A DNA stretch of 63,763 bases, counting the filler, from an uncultured Methanospirillum sp. (GTDB lineage Archaea > Halobacteriota > Methanomicrobia > Methanomicrobiales > Methanospirillaceae), in the NCBI GenBank assembly GCA_964637135.1. It is 4 parts of 3 records of this genome, joined end to end, with 100 filler letters (N's around TTAATTAATTAA, not from the genome) between each part and the next. Parts side by side here need not be neighbours in the genome. Positions count along the whole stretch, not along the records: positions 6,845 to 37,991 come from CAZWTX010000031.1; 3 more parts are not named here. One strand, written 5' to 3'. A program made the position numbers and the translations under genes. The notes under the pieces were generated by a model that saw only the letters and a list, made by a program, of their open reading frames with translations, was not told where the DNA came from and did no database searches. Each line of letters begins with the position of its first letter. Position 1 is the stretch's first letter. Below are positions 19,284 through 30,711 of this stretch, piece by piece.

Positions 19284-20086
19284 GGCGACACCAGATCATG
19301 GATCTCATATCCAAGATCCGACTGCTCAAGCTGTTTGAGAAAATCAGTGAAAAATTCATCAACTACCACGATAGCACACGGAAGACCGTGCAGTGCTGCC
19401 TCTATCGCCCCTTCCCGCGATCCGAAATAGAGATCCGGAACCCTGCCGATCTTCTTTAAGGCAACCCAAGCTTCAAGCCCGACACAGGCGATCACCGAAA
19501 CCTTCTGGACGACAGCGGTAAGGTGCTCAAGATTGACCTTCCGGGACCCTCCCCTCTCAACCCGGGGAATCTTACAGACCTGGACCGAGGCTTCCTTATG
19601 CTCAATGATTCCTTCAAGCTTGGCAATCCCCGTATCCTCCCCCTTCGGGGTATCAGCGAGAATTTCCCCGTTTGCCGTCTGGTTCTGCCTTCCGGCATAG
19701 AGGAGCCCGTTTTTCATGTAGACGCCAACCCGTTCACCGGCTTTCAGATTATCATCCGCAATCGCGGTCCAAACCGAGACCTGGTGGATGATATCGCTCC
19801 GGATATGCTTTGCAAAGGATTCCAGGAGTTCTGCATTATGGAGAATCCATTCTATTCCCTCACGGGTTACCTCGTACCGCCCCCGACCGGGAGCCCGGAG
19901 CAGGTCTTCATCGACCAGTTCGCGGATATACTCCGAGATCGCCTGCGGAGTGACACCCATGATGGCTGCAACCTCCTGCTGACGGATCGCCGGCTGATGT
20001 GCCGCGATTTCAACGAGAATCTGAAATCTCGTTACATCACGCTTGTTCTTCAGAATGGTATATCCGGGATCGTCTTTATTCTTCAA
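19280..20086 (-). CDS. Winged-helix (MarR-like) transcriptional regulator with a conserved C-terminal domain
   Basis: HTH segment RQQEVAAIMGVTPQAISEYIRELV..., wing GRGRYEVT..G. Confidence 0.85.
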   Translation of the reverse strand: MKNKDDPGYTILKNKRDVTRFQILVEIAAHQPAIRQQEVAAIMGVTPQAISEYIRELVDEDLLRAPGRGRYEVTREGIEWILHNAELLESFAKHIRSDIIHQVSVWTAIADDNLKAGERVGVYMKNGLLYAGRQNQTANGEILADTPKGEDTGIAKLEGIIEHKEASVQVCKIPRVERGGSRKVNLEHLTAVVQKVSVIACVGLEAWVALKKIGRVPDLYFGSREGAIEAALHGLPCAIVVVDEFFTDFLKQLEQSDLGYEIHDLVSP

Positions 20087-20588
20087 GTCGCACCAGCCCC
20101 TGCCCTTTCACATCGAGGTGAGGAATCCGCTTGGCAACTCCTTTAATATATACAGGAGTCACCCCGAACCGCCTGGCGATATCACTGATCGAAGTATTCC
20201 CATGGGACAATTCTTCTTCGACACTGTCGGATTTCAGCCTGATGTCCTCGTCACCGGTGAAGGAGATCGCAAGAAGGTCAGCAAGATCTGAAAAGTTACA
20301 CTGGAAGTTCGCCCTGAACTTACTATAAGTTGCACGATACTCTTTCTCAGGCTTCTTTCCCGGCTCCGGCATCCGCCATTTCTCTTCGATCAGATTTCCT
20401 TTCTTGAGAATCAGAAGACATTCCCTGACTCCTTCCTCACCCACCACTTCCCTGATCTCTGTTCTGGTCATCCAGTTTTTGTTGAGCATATCAAGAATTT
20501 TCTTATATTTCGGATTATTGAAAACCACGAACAGAGGGACCAGTTCCACGGGATCATTGACAATTCGTACATGACCCGTCAAATACAA
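20076..20588 (-). CDS. ArsR-like double-HTH transcriptional regulator (start uncertain)
   Basis: RIVNDPVELVPL, LIEEKWRMPEPGKKPEKEY, and a second HTH ISDIARRFGVTP. Confidence 0.8.
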   Translation of the reverse strand: MYLTGHVRIVNDPVELVPLFVVFNNPKYKKILDMLNKNWMTRTEIREVVGEEGVRECLLILKKGNLIEEKWRMPEPGKKPEKEYRATYSKFRANFQCNFSDLADLLAISFTGDEDIRLKSDSVEEELSHGNTSISDIARRFGVTPVYIKGVAKRIPHLDVKGQGLVRLEE

Positions 20589-20640
20589 AACCCTATTATA
20601 ATAATGTCAGATAAAAAAATAAAGGTTTGTTGTGTAAATA

Positions 20641-22869
20641 ATGCGAAAGCAGGGGCATATTACCATAAAAGGAATCGTTCAGGGCGTTGGATTCCGGCCG
20701 TTTGTCTATGCACATGCCTCTGCATTGGGAATCGTCGGCCAGGTACAGAATACCGGATCTGAAGTTCACATTGATGCTTTTGGAGACCGGTTCGAAGAAT
20801 TTGTCTCAGTTATTGCCACAGGACCGCCGCTCTCGGTCATTGATTCGGTCGAGGTCACCGACTGTGCCGGCTCTCCCCCGGCCTCTTTTACCATCAGTCC
20901 AAGCGAGGATGGTGGCAGAACAGGTCTGATTCCCCCCGATATTGCAACCTGCCATGAATGTGTCAGGGATATCCTCACCCAAGGCAGCCGGTACGAGGGA
21001 TACTTTGCTACATCATGTGTGAACTGCGGACCGCGGTACTCGATCATCAGGGCGCTCCCGTACGATCGGGAAAGGACGGCAATGGACGAGTTTCCGCCCT
21101 GCCAGGAGTGCACGGCCGAGTACACGAATCCCTCCTGCCGGCGTCATCATGCCCAGACGATCGCCTGTGAACAATGCGGTCCGGCTGTCACACTTCACCG
21201 GAGAGACGGTGAACCGGTCAGAACTCCTGATCCAATCCGTGAGACGGCTGCACTTCTTGATAGCGGTGCGCTTGTTGCCATCCGGGGCATGGGGGGATTT
21301 CATCTCGCCTGTACCGGGAACCGTGCAGCTGAACTGAAGAAACGCCTCGGGAGGACAGAACAGCCGTTTGCCATCATGGCGAACCTGGAGACCATACGCT
21401 CCCTCACCCGGATTTCGCCGGAACAAGAGGAGATCCTGCATAGCCCCGCCTCGCCGATCCTGATCCTTGACAAGAAAGATCCGGCAGCATACCCGGATAT
21501 CAGTAACCTTCATACCATCGGGTGCATGCTTCCCTATACCGGGCTTCATCATCTCCTCTTTGCTGCCCTGAGATCACCGCTCCTCATCATGACCAGTGCC
21601 AATGCACCGGGATACCCGATGATCACCTCCTTTGAGCAGGCACGGGAGAAACTCGCCCACGTTGTCGATGCATACCTCACCCATAACCGGGATATCGTGA
21701 GCCGGTGCGATGACTCGGTTGTCAGGGGCCGGCATATCATCCGGCTCTCCCGGGGCTACGCTCCCCGGCGTATCAGGATTGATCTCGGGCGGGACGCCAT
21801 CCTCGGGGTCGGTCCTGAACTCAACAGCACGATGAGTATCTACACAGATTCATTCTGCGTAACCTCTCCCCATATCGGGAATGTCAGGAATCCGGGCACC
21901 TATGCATATCTCCAGGAGACAATCGATCGGCTGATGACCCTTCTGAAACCGGAGATCAGGATCATTGCCCATGACCTCCACCCGCAGTTCCTCTCCACCC
22001 GGCTGGCACAGGAACTGGCCGAGACCTTCGGGGCAGAACTGGTCCCGGTCCAACATCACATGGCCCATATCGCTGCAACATGCCAGGAGGAATGTATCGG
22101 GATTGCCCTTGACGGAGTCGGGTACGGATCTGACGGAACTGCTTGGGGCGGGGAGATCTTCTCCGGAACTGTTCCCCATCTCAGGCGATGCGGGCACCTC
22201 ATGCCGGTACCGATGCCGGGAGGAGATCTCGCCGCAAGCGCTCCCGAGCGGATGCTCTTTGGAATCCTTCCCGATGACCGGACGAGGGAGCTCCTCTCCA
22301 CCCGGGGATGGAGCGGGACAGAACTTGATGTCATCGAACAGCAGGTAAAGAGAAAGGTCAACACGAGTATGACCACCAGTACGGGACGGGTTCTTGATGC
22401 CGTCTCCGCACTCCTCGGGATCTGCCGGAAGAAAACATATGATGGCGAACCGGCGATGAAACTTGAGTCAGCTGCCTGGAATGTCACACCGGATGACTGG
22501 GATATCCCGGTGACCAGCAGGGACGGCTGCCTCGTTCTGGATACACCCGGGCTTGTGAAAAGAGCACGGGACGAGTACCTGAAGGACGACAGCACTCCCG
22601 GCATCAGGAAGATCGCGTCATCATTCCAGTACAACCTCGCACGTGGCATCGCAGAGATGGCAATCCATTCTGCTCATGATACCGGAACCAGCAGAATCGC
22701 CCTCTCCGGGGGGGTCGTGTATAACGAGCAGATCAGGGAGACGATCCGGGAGAAGATATCTGCCGCCGGCTGTTCTCTTCTCACCAGCACCGAACTTCCA
22801 CTGGGAGACGGATGCATCTCATTTGGACAGTGTGTCTGGGCAGGACTCCTGAAAAAAGAGGACCGGTGA
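20641..22869 (+). CDS. hypF: [NiFe]-hydrogenase maturation carbamoyltransferase
   Basis: Acylphosphatase motif GIVQGVGFRPF, two CxxC-x18-CxxC zinc fingers, AHDLHP, VQHH.AH, LDG.GYG and GDGCIS.GQ. Confidence 0.98.
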   Translation: MRKQGHITIKGIVQGVGFRPFVYAHASALGIVGQVQNTGSEVHIDAFGDRFEEFVSVIATGPPLSVIDSVEVTDCAGSPPASFTISPSEDGGRTGLIPPDIATCHECVRDILTQGSRYEGYFATSCVNCGPRYSIIRALPYDRERTAMDEFPPCQECTAEYTNPSCRRHHAQTIACEQCGPAVTLHRRDGEPVRTPDPIRETAALLDSGALVAIRGMGGFHLACTGNRAAELKKRLGRTEQPFAIMANLETIRSLTRISPEQEEILHSPASPILILDKKDPAAYPDISNLHTIGCMLPYTGLHHLLFAALRSPLLIMTSANAPGYPMITSFEQAREKLAHVVDAYLTHNRDIVSRCDDSVVRGRHIIRLSRGYAPRRIRIDLGRDAILGVGPELNSTMSIYTDSFCVTSPHIGNVRNPGTYAYLQETIDRLMTLLKPEIRIIAHDLHPQFLSTRLAQELAETFGAELVPVQHHMAHIAATCQEECIGIALDGVGYGSDGTAWGGEIFSGTVPHLRRCGHLMPVPMPGGDLAASAPERMLFGILPDDRTRELLSTRGWSGTELDVIEQQVKRKVNTSMTTSTGRVLDAVSALLGICRKKTYDGEPAMKLESAAWNVTPDDWDIPVTSRDGCLVLDTPGLVKRARDEYLKDDSTPGIRKIASSFQYNLARGIAEMAIHSAHDTGTSRIALSGGVVYNEQIRETIREKISAAGCSLLTSTELPLGDGCISFGQCVWAGLLKKEDR

Positions 22870-24024
22870 TTACTTCACCGTCTTGATGAACTCAAATTTC
22901 CGCTCGATTGACTGGAAATCCCTGTTTTCAGCCTCAAGGGTGATGGTGTACCGGCCAAGACCGCTATACACGTGTACCGGATTCTGACTGGTCGAGAGAT
23001 ACCCGTCGCCGAAGTTCCACCGCCACTTCGTCGGGTGGCCCTTCGATGTGTCGGTGAACTGGACAGAGAGCGGCGGATGCCCGGTCACGGGAGTCGCGGT
23101 GAAGTTTGCAACAAGCGGCTCGACCGGTTCCTGTGTCGGGGTGACTGTCGGAACCGGCCCGGTGCCGTTGGTCACGGTGATATAATTGTTCTTTTTTACC
23201 ATGACCGGATTCATACCGGCGTACTTCGCAAGCATCGTCACCGAGTATATCCCCTCGTTCTGGTAAATCCGGGTGGGTGAGGTCTTATCTGAGGAGGTTC
23301 CGTCACCAAAGTACCAGACATATCCTTCCGGGGATCCTGATGCATCCGGCGTGAATACCACGCTCAGCGGGGCTCTTCCTGAGGTTGGATACCCGGTAAA
23401 GTTGACAACCGGTGTCTGCGTCGGAGTAACAGTCGGAGTTGTAGTTGGTGTCTGTGTCGGGGTAACTGTCGGAGTTGTAGTTGGTGTCTGCGTCGGGGTT
23501 GTGTTCAGTGTTGGGGTCGGGGAAGGGGTGGCCGTTGGAGGTACTGGCACTGAACCGACGATAATCGTAGCAGGATCCAAGGTTGCTGCAATAGCAGACC
23601 CGTTATCATCAGTCAGTTCGTTGACCGTCATCTGGATCGTACCACTCCCGGGTGTTAATCCTTGCAGGCTCATATTCCAGAGAACCACGTTCGTGGAACC
23701 CGGTTCAACCAGGCTGTACAGGTCCACAAGGGTAATGGTAACCTGGGAAGAGGGAAGTGACGAAGTACTCTTCAAAGCACTGTCGAAAGCTGCCGGGAAG
23801 GATATAGCAGTGATGTTTGCAAGACCAACATCAGATATGGAGAGTGTCATCCTGACACCAGCCAGCCCGCCCGGAAGACTATCCAGCATCACGGTACTCT
23901 GACCGCTTGCCCCGATCCCGGAGATATTCACATCCGAACCTGAGAGGGTCACTGCTGATACTCCAGAAATGAGAGATAGCAAGACCAGTAACGCCGTTAC
24001 CATTAATGTAGGTCGAGTATACAT
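22870..24024 (-). CDS. Secreted protein: cohesin-like domain, Thr/Pro linker and two PKD domains
   Basis: Signal peptide; LDSLPGGLAG...VDL...ELTDDNG domain; WYFGDG and WNFGDG PKD motifs. Start 24024 chosen over 24084. Confidence 0.85.
   Translation of the reverse strand: MYTRPTLMVTALLVLLSLISGVSAVTLSGSDVNISGIGASGQSTVMLDSLPGGLAGVRMTLSISDVGLANITAISFPAAFDSALKSTSSLPSSQVTITLVDLYSLVEPGSTNVVLWNMSLQGLTPGSGTIQMTVNELTDDNGSAIAATLDPATIIVGSVPVPPTATPSPTPTLNTTPTQTPTTTPTVTPTQTPTTTPTVTPTQTPVVNFTGYPTSGRAPLSVVFTPDASGSPEGYVWYFGDGTSSDKTSPTRIYQNEGIYSVTMLAKYAGMNPVMVKKNNYITVTNGTGPVPTVTPTQEPVEPLVANFTATPVTGHPPLSVQFTDTSKGHPTKWRWNFGDGYLSTSQNPVHVYSGLGRYTITLEAENRDFQSIERKFEFIKTVK
23411..23500. repeat. 36-bp tandem repeat (about 2.5 copies) encoding a TPTQTPTTTPTV linker
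   Basis: GGTGTCTG(C/T)GTCGG unit starts at 23411, 23447 and 23483. Confidence 0.9.
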
Positions 24025-24105
24025 CCTGCCCACCTGCCTGACACCGTGCACCATAATCCTGACAGAACTCTTGGAGGGAATCATAAAAAAGGTATTTCCT
24101 CCGGA

Positions 24106-25608
24106 TCAGGAGAGGTTCACGTAGCTCATCGAGCTGTTCCGGGGGAAGTAGGGCTGCTCATAGTAGTATGTCTTGATAACCCCGAGGGCATTCCTGATAT
24201 CAAGCGTGTCGGTCCAGTTGGTAAAGCCGTCCCTGACCAGTGTAAGGTTATGCGTCCCAACTGCGAGGTTCATCACCATCAGGTCAGTCGTTCCGACCTT
24301 TCCGCCATCGATGTAGACATCGACATCACCCGGGTAGGAGACGATGTACGCCGCACCGGTCTGGGGAGGATCTGACACAAACATCCCGAACTCCGGTGGA
24401 TGGGGCACGAGTTCATACCCGGTGATAACCGATGGGAGGGCTCCGTCGTTGATGATGACCGGATCGACCACGTCCAGGTACCCGTCCTTGTGAAGTCTGA
24501 GCTGATACTTCTTCGTCGTCAGGTTCGGAATAGTCACTGGCGTCACTCCCTGGTATGCATTGTTCAGGTAGACTTCTGCGCCATCCGGCACGGAATATAC
24601 GGTCACGGTATTCTTCGAATCACGTGCCGGGAGTTTCATTGCATTGACCGTTATCAGGTTCTGTGCCGTCGTCGTGTTCGAGTAGACACTGTTGGAAGCC
24701 GTCAGGCTGACGGTATATACCCCCGGGATCCGGTATATATGCTGCGGATTCTGGATAACCGAGGTGTTGTCACTTGATCCGTCACCAAAGTTCCAGAGGA
24801 ACGTGTCCGGGTACCCGGAGGAGTTGTCCGTGAAGAGGATGGTCACCGGGGCATTGCCGGTCGTGACATTTGAGGTAAAGTTGGCGACAACCTTCGGAAC
24901 CGGAGTCGGCACCGGGGTGGCTACACCGGTAGGTCCTGTCGGGCCGGATGTCCCGGTGGGCCCGGGAACCGGTGACAGGGTGGCTGCCGGTGTGATCTCT
25001 TCCAGCGGAACCTGGTCAGTCGGGACCGGGATTACCCCGGTTTCATCCCCGCCAGGGGATTCTGTCGGTACGGCTGTCGGCAGGGCTGTTGGTACTTCAG
25101 TCGGGGCAGTGCCTGCTGCTACCGTGATCGTGGCCGGGCTGATACCGGCAGCTACAGGGTTTCCGGCATCGTCGGTCAGTTCATCGAGTGTTAATGTCAG
25201 GGTTGCTGTTCCGGAGGAGACTCCCGTCACCATCAGGGTACAGATCGGAACCGCAGATGCCCCGGCGGTGATGCCATCAGTAAGATCAACTGCGGTCAGT
25301 ACGGCTGCTTGGGCAGGAAGGCTCGCATCCACCTCTTTCAGGGTTGCCCAGTCTGGCATTGTCACCGAGGTGATCTCGGCAATTCCTTCCGGTGCGAGGG
25401 CAGCGGTGATCCGATACCCGGCAAGACCATTCGGTGCCGTATCCAGGGTGACCGGGATCTCACCCTGTTCACCGGTTCCGGAAAGTGTTACACTCGTTGT
25501 CTGGATAGTTGCCCCTGATCCCAGGGTGGTGAAAAGGAGCAGGGAGATGATGCCAATCACGGCATACCTGATTGTCAGGGTTATTACTTGATTGTTCATG
25601 ATGTTCAC
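24106..25608 (-). CDS. Secreted protein: cohesin-like domain, Pro/Thr linker, PKD domain and two PEGA domains
   Basis: Signal peptide; LDTAPNGLAGY...VDL...ELTDDAG domain; WNFGDG; S.PDGAEVYLN..YQG.TP PEGA motifs. Confidence 0.88.
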   Translation of the reverse strand: MNIMNNQVITLTIRYAVIGIISLLLFTTLGSGATIQTTSVTLSGTGEQGEIPVTLDTAPNGLAGYRITAALAPEGIAEITSVTMPDWATLKEVDASLPAQAAVLTAVDLTDGITAGASAVPICTLMVTGVSSGTATLTLTLDELTDDAGNPVAAGISPATITVAAGTAPTEVPTALPTAVPTESPGGDETGVIPVPTDQVPLEEITPAATLSPVPGPTGTSGPTGPTGVATPVPTPVPKVVANFTSNVTTGNAPVTILFTDNSSGYPDTFLWNFGDGSSDNTSVIQNPQHIYRIPGVYTVSLTASNSVYSNTTTAQNLITVNAMKLPARDSKNTVTVYSVPDGAEVYLNNAYQGVTPVTIPNLTTKKYQLRLHKDGYLDVVDPVIINDGALPSVITGYELVPHPPEFGMFVSDPPQTGAAYIVSYPGDVDVYIDGGKVGTTDLMVMNLAVGTHNLTLVRDGFTNWTDTLDIRNALGVIKTYYYEQPYFPRNSSMSYVNLS

Positions 25609-28600
25609 CAGTACCTGTCATAGAATGCCACAATATCCCCAGTGTTGATGCCGTTTCCAGGTTGATAATCGAACGGCGGAACCGGAGAGGTCAGAAGACC
25701 GGCACTCACCAGCCTGAAGAAGGTGGTCACGTCTTCAAACTCGATCCTTCCGTTTCCGTTGAAATCGTCAATGTACCCGTCATGATCGGTATCCTGCGGG
25801 GGCAGACTCTCTCCCGTGAAGGTATCAATCTTATACACATTGACCCGGGCCGTTGTTCCTGTAAGGGTCATCGAATACGAACCGTTTCCTGCGTTAGACG
25901 AGGTATTGAAGGTAATCAGGGCACCCCCCGGGGATGAACCGAATATGGTCACATTCCCGAGCGGTACATTCGTCGAACCAAAGGGTAGTGATCCGGATAA
26001 CTTGAATCCTGATACGGAAAGGTTCTTAATCAGACCTGATGGGGTCAGTGAGGTCACATTGAACTGGTCGACCCACTCGGGTTTCTGGGCATAGGTTGCA
26101 TCCCCGAAGTTTGCTGATGCCGTGCTGTTCAGATCGAGGACGACCCGGTAGTTACTGAGACCATAGTCAGCCCGATCCAGGGCGATATTCACCCGTCTCC
26201 AGTTATTGGCACCGGCAACGACCGTGATATTCTCCGGGGTCAGCCTGACCGTTCCGGCGGTCGTCGGGCTGGCCAGGGTAAGATTGCGGGTCAGGGATCC
26301 GGCCAGTACGTTATACTTATTCCAGACCGAGAGGGTCACCCATTTTTCTCCGTTTGTCGTGAAGGTGTAGACCGGATTCGGATCATCATATTCTATCACA
26401 TGTGGTGAACCAGGACTTTCATCGACAATTTCCCATTTCCACATGCTCTGTCCGCCGCCACCGGTGCTCAGGTTATGGAACTGGATGGGAACGCCGACCA
26501 GTCCCTGCGGCGGGGTTCCCGGAAGAAGTGTTCCGGAGAGATCAGTAATGGAGAAATTCACGGTCGTCGGCCCGTATACCCCGACCTTGTGGTACCCGAG
26601 ATCTCCGCTCGTCGCACTTCCATAGGTGTTGTTTCTCACCCGAAGAACCGGCGTGTAATCACCTACCGCAGTGTAGTTATGGCTCGTATTCACCCAGAGG
26701 TTACTACCCGGCCAGGCACTGACCCGCTCAAGGTGTACTTCTGCACTGCCATCGCCGAAATTCCACCAGGCTTCGTCGATGAGTGATCCGTCAGAGGTGT
26801 TCCCCAGGAAGTATACCCGGAAGGGAGTTGCATTGGATCCGTTTACGGCATGCAGGGGTTCATTCCATGCTGGTATCGCAGTTTTATTCAGGATCATCGT
26901 CGGGCTGATATTCCCGTTCACGGTGATCGTGCGGTTCCAGAATGACGGCGCTCCCCCGCATCCCCATACGGTCAGGTTTGCCCGGTATTCACCGATCTGC
27001 GTGTATGTGTGGGTTGTATTCCGTTGTTCAACCGGATCAAAACCATCTCCAAACTCCCATCTCCAGTATGACGCGCTTCCGGTGGACTGGTCGGTGAAGT
27101 TCACGGTATGCGGAGTCGTCCCGGTCACCTGGGATCCGGGATCGAAGAATGCAGAAACATTTCCACCTACTCCGACATATGCCGTCCGCTGGGTGGTATA
27201 TGATCCTGCCACATTCGAGACCGTGAGGGTGATTGTGAAGTTACCTGCCCGGTCAAACTGGTGGGTGATAGTATTGGTGATGCTCGTCTGGTTCGGACGG
27301 TTGTCGCCGAAATTCCAGTCATAGAGGGAGGGAGGGCCATAAATGGAATTCACAAGAGGTGTCGCGGTGAAACTAACCGATCCTCCCTGGCAGATATACC
27401 GGTTCGTCGAGGCCACAAATTCGGCAAACGGAGGTCCGAGGGCTACCACGGTCCGTTGGATAGACAGGTTTCCACAACAACTCGTTCCGGTCAGGGTGAC
27501 CGGGTATGTTCCGTTACTCGTAAACGTGTGTGGTGTCACCTGCTGGGTCTGGTTTGCCGTTCCGTCCCCGAAGTACCACTCCCACGTTGCCGGCGTATAA
27601 TTGAACCGCTCCCCCTGGTACGTCACGGGCTTATTGACCGGGACGACAATCGGGGTGACGGTACTGTTATATCCAACCGCAGTAAAGTTCACCCGCCGGT
27701 CTGCGTTGCATACCGTGATATACGTCGGGTCCGAGGTCAGGATGGATGTATACGTATACAGGGTAAGGGTGACCGGATAGATCCCGGTTCTATTATATGT
27801 ATGTTCAACGTTCTGCGCCACCGAACCGAACGTTGTCGAGTTACCATCCCCGAAACTCCAGATTCGGGTCACTATGTTCGGATCAGAACCTGAATTATCG
27901 GTAAAGAGTACCGTCAGGTCCGCATCGCCACAGGTTTCGTTCGGGGTAAACGACGGAGTAAGGGTTGTATCCCCGAATTTCACGACAAACGACTCAAAGC
28001 TGCCCGTATGATCCCCGGTGAAATTGCCCCCTACATAGGTGCCGGGAGAACTGTCAAGGAGCGCAGCCTGGTTTATCCACCTCGTTACCGGGAAACACTC
28101 AGTATCACAGTTTATTCCAGACACGAGATCAAGAAACGAGGGAGAGCCGGTATACCCGGTGACATAGGTTTCACTTCCATCACCGGTGATGGCAATACCC
28201 CTGCCGACATCGTCCCGGTATCCACCGAGGTAGGTCAGGTACAAGAGGCTTGATCCGGCATCATTCAGAGCACCAACAAAGGCATCCTGACCACCGGCAT
28301 ACCGCTTGATATCATCCTTCACCTTCAGGTTCGAGGACTTGGTATATCCGGTAATAAATGCCCTGCCGGTATCATCGACCGCAATGTCATAGCCCCATTC
28401 ATCCTGACTGCCTCCGAGGTATGTCGAATAATCAAGACCGGCTCCGTCAGCCTTGAATTTCGTCACATATGCATCTTTTTCAAAGTAATTGTACGGCCAG
28501 CCCTTTGTCCGCTGGAATGCATAGGTGGTATTCGGGAAATCGGTTGACGCGGTTGAACCGGTGACATAGGCACAAAACGCGGTATCGACGGCTACTGCTT

Positions 28601-30403
28601 CACCGTAATCGTACCCGGTCGCACCGCCCAGATAGGTTGCATAATCAACCGGGTTTACTGCGCCGAAGTTCATCCTGAAGAGGAAGGCATCCTGGGCTCC
28701 CTGCAGGTTTTTCAGGTACCCGGGGACACCTGAGGGGAGAAGGTTTGAGGAACTCGTGGTTCCGGTAATATACGCCCGCTGCTGGGCATCGACAGCTATT
28801 CCGTTCCCGGTATCCTGACTCTTTCCGCTGATGTAACTCGAGTATTCAAGGGTATTTCCAAACGGCCCGATCTTGGCAACAAAGGCATCGCCCATCGTTG
28901 CATCCGGGTTCGGTGAGGTCTGGTATGCACCGGAAGTGGTGGGGAAGTTGTCTTCAGGATCTTTATAGGGACTGTTCCCCACGGTCTGTCCGGTGATATA
29001 GGCATTCAGCTGGCTGTCTATTGCAATATCGTTTGCCTGGTCATTGTTCGTGCCGCCAAGGTAGGTGGAATAGACAAAGTTTGTTCCATCTGCCCTGATC
29101 TTGGAGACGAAGGCATCATTCTGTCCATGGAGGTGGTCACCCACCCAGAGGGGGAGGACGGTCGGGAAATCAGCCGAGTACGTATCACCGGTGATATACA
29201 TGTTCCCTGATGTATCCACGGCGATTCCCCGGGCAAAGTCAGCATTCTCTCCACCGAGATACGTAGAAAAGAGGATTGTTGCATTCCCGCCGCTGGCTGG
29301 TGATGCAATCTTGGTCACGTACGCGTCAGTACTCGAGTGACAGTATGAGCCATTGAATGGATACGGGTTCGTCGGATTCAGGTATCCGGTGACCGGATAT
29401 ACCGGGAAATCACAGGAGGACGTATACCCGGTAACATAGGCATTTCCACTGTTGTCGATGGCAATGTCCATGCCGAAATCCGTGGTGCCTCCACCAAGGT
29501 ATGTCGAGTACTCGAGGTACGGGTCGATGATGAGGGGCAGTGAGGTATCATATTCTCCGATGGTATATCCCACCAGGCCGTCTCCAAGAATCCGGTATTC
29601 GGATGAAACATCAGTGATGGTACCGTCCACATCCTGATAGGTCAACGGGGCTGCCTCGGTCAGGTTCCCGAACGGTGTCTCAACATTAAGAGATCCGTCA
29701 TCAGTCAGGGAGATCCCGGTAGTCCCCTCATATTTCAGAATAATAGATGCGGGATCTGCTCCTGGCTGAACATGGTACTCCCTCTTGATAATCCCCGTCT
29801 TTCCAGTGTAGGTCAGGTTGATTCCCGGGAGAATATCAGTATACTGGATGGATTCATACCAGGGAACCTGGGTCTGCCAGTCGGATTCATTTTTTCCGAT
29901 CAGAAAGTTTGCATGCCCTTTAAGCTGTTTCCCGGCAGTCAGCACCGTATNNNNNNNNNNNNNNNNNNNNNNNNNNNNNNNNNNNNNNNNNNNNNNNNNN
30001 NNNNNNNNNNNNNNNNNNNNNNNNNNNNNNNNNNNNNNNNNNNNNNNNNNCCGATCAGAAAGTTTGCATGCCCTTTAAGCTGTTTCCCGGCAGTCAGCAC
30101 CGTATCCGGGGAAGCATTCTCAACAGTGACCAGGACCGGGGTGATATTATCACCGCACTCGGCACAGTCCTCTTTCGGTCCGGAGAATCTCATCCCGGTA
30201 TTCGTAAAATCAAAAGAGAATTGCAGGGATTTCACCTGGAACCTGACATCGTCAGGTGCCTGTCCGTCATTCTGAATAAACTGGACCGGTTGTGATGAGA
30301 GATCGATGACGGACTGTTCGTTCGATTCTCCCATAACAATACCATTCCAGAGTACTATCATCAGGAGCACAAGCACTCCCGCGCTCCATTTTTTCCTGTT
30401 CAT
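25605..30403 (-). CDS. Large secreted surface protein (about 1547 aa once the false gap is closed): N-terminal domain, SBBP/beta-propeller repeats, about 6 PKD domains, a cohesin-like domain and a C-terminal dockerin-like module
   Basis: Removing the 100 Ns and the duplicated 55 bp joins ORFs 29939..30439 and 25605..29945 in frame. Repeated YSTYLGG...IAVD..G..Y.TG.T.S.DFP units and WxFGDG motifs; C-terminus DTDHDGYIDDFNGNGRIEFEDV...FDYQPGNGINTGDI. Confidence 0.88.
29951..30050. other. Scaffold gap that is really a 55-bp contig overlap
   Basis: 29896-29950 is identical to 30051-30105. Confidence 0.93.
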
Positions 30404-30711
30404 ATCACACGCTCCCCCTAACTCCGGTAACTCTCGCATCTCCGAGACCTGAATGCGCCCGGATATGATCTCGAAAAGCCAGTCTTTTTTTGAAGAAAAC
30501 CCTCAATTACCCGGCTCCTCAGAGAATCACACCTTTTTATGTCACTTTCAGTATGTGAAGGATGTTTATTTATGGAGTTATATATTTTTCTAAAAATTTC
30601 GTTTTCAGGGGGAGGTTCTTCAAATTCGGGCGGTCAACAGACGTATGAACTCAATGGAACACGGGAATAAACCCTAAACAAAAAACGGGAAAATGGGGCA
30701 CTTTTTCCTGA

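Noticed and set aside
29896..30105. 55-bp direct repeat as a biological duplication or insertion site
   Set aside because: It flanks a placeholder gap exactly, and collapsing it restores the reading frame, as expected for an assembler k-mer overlap.
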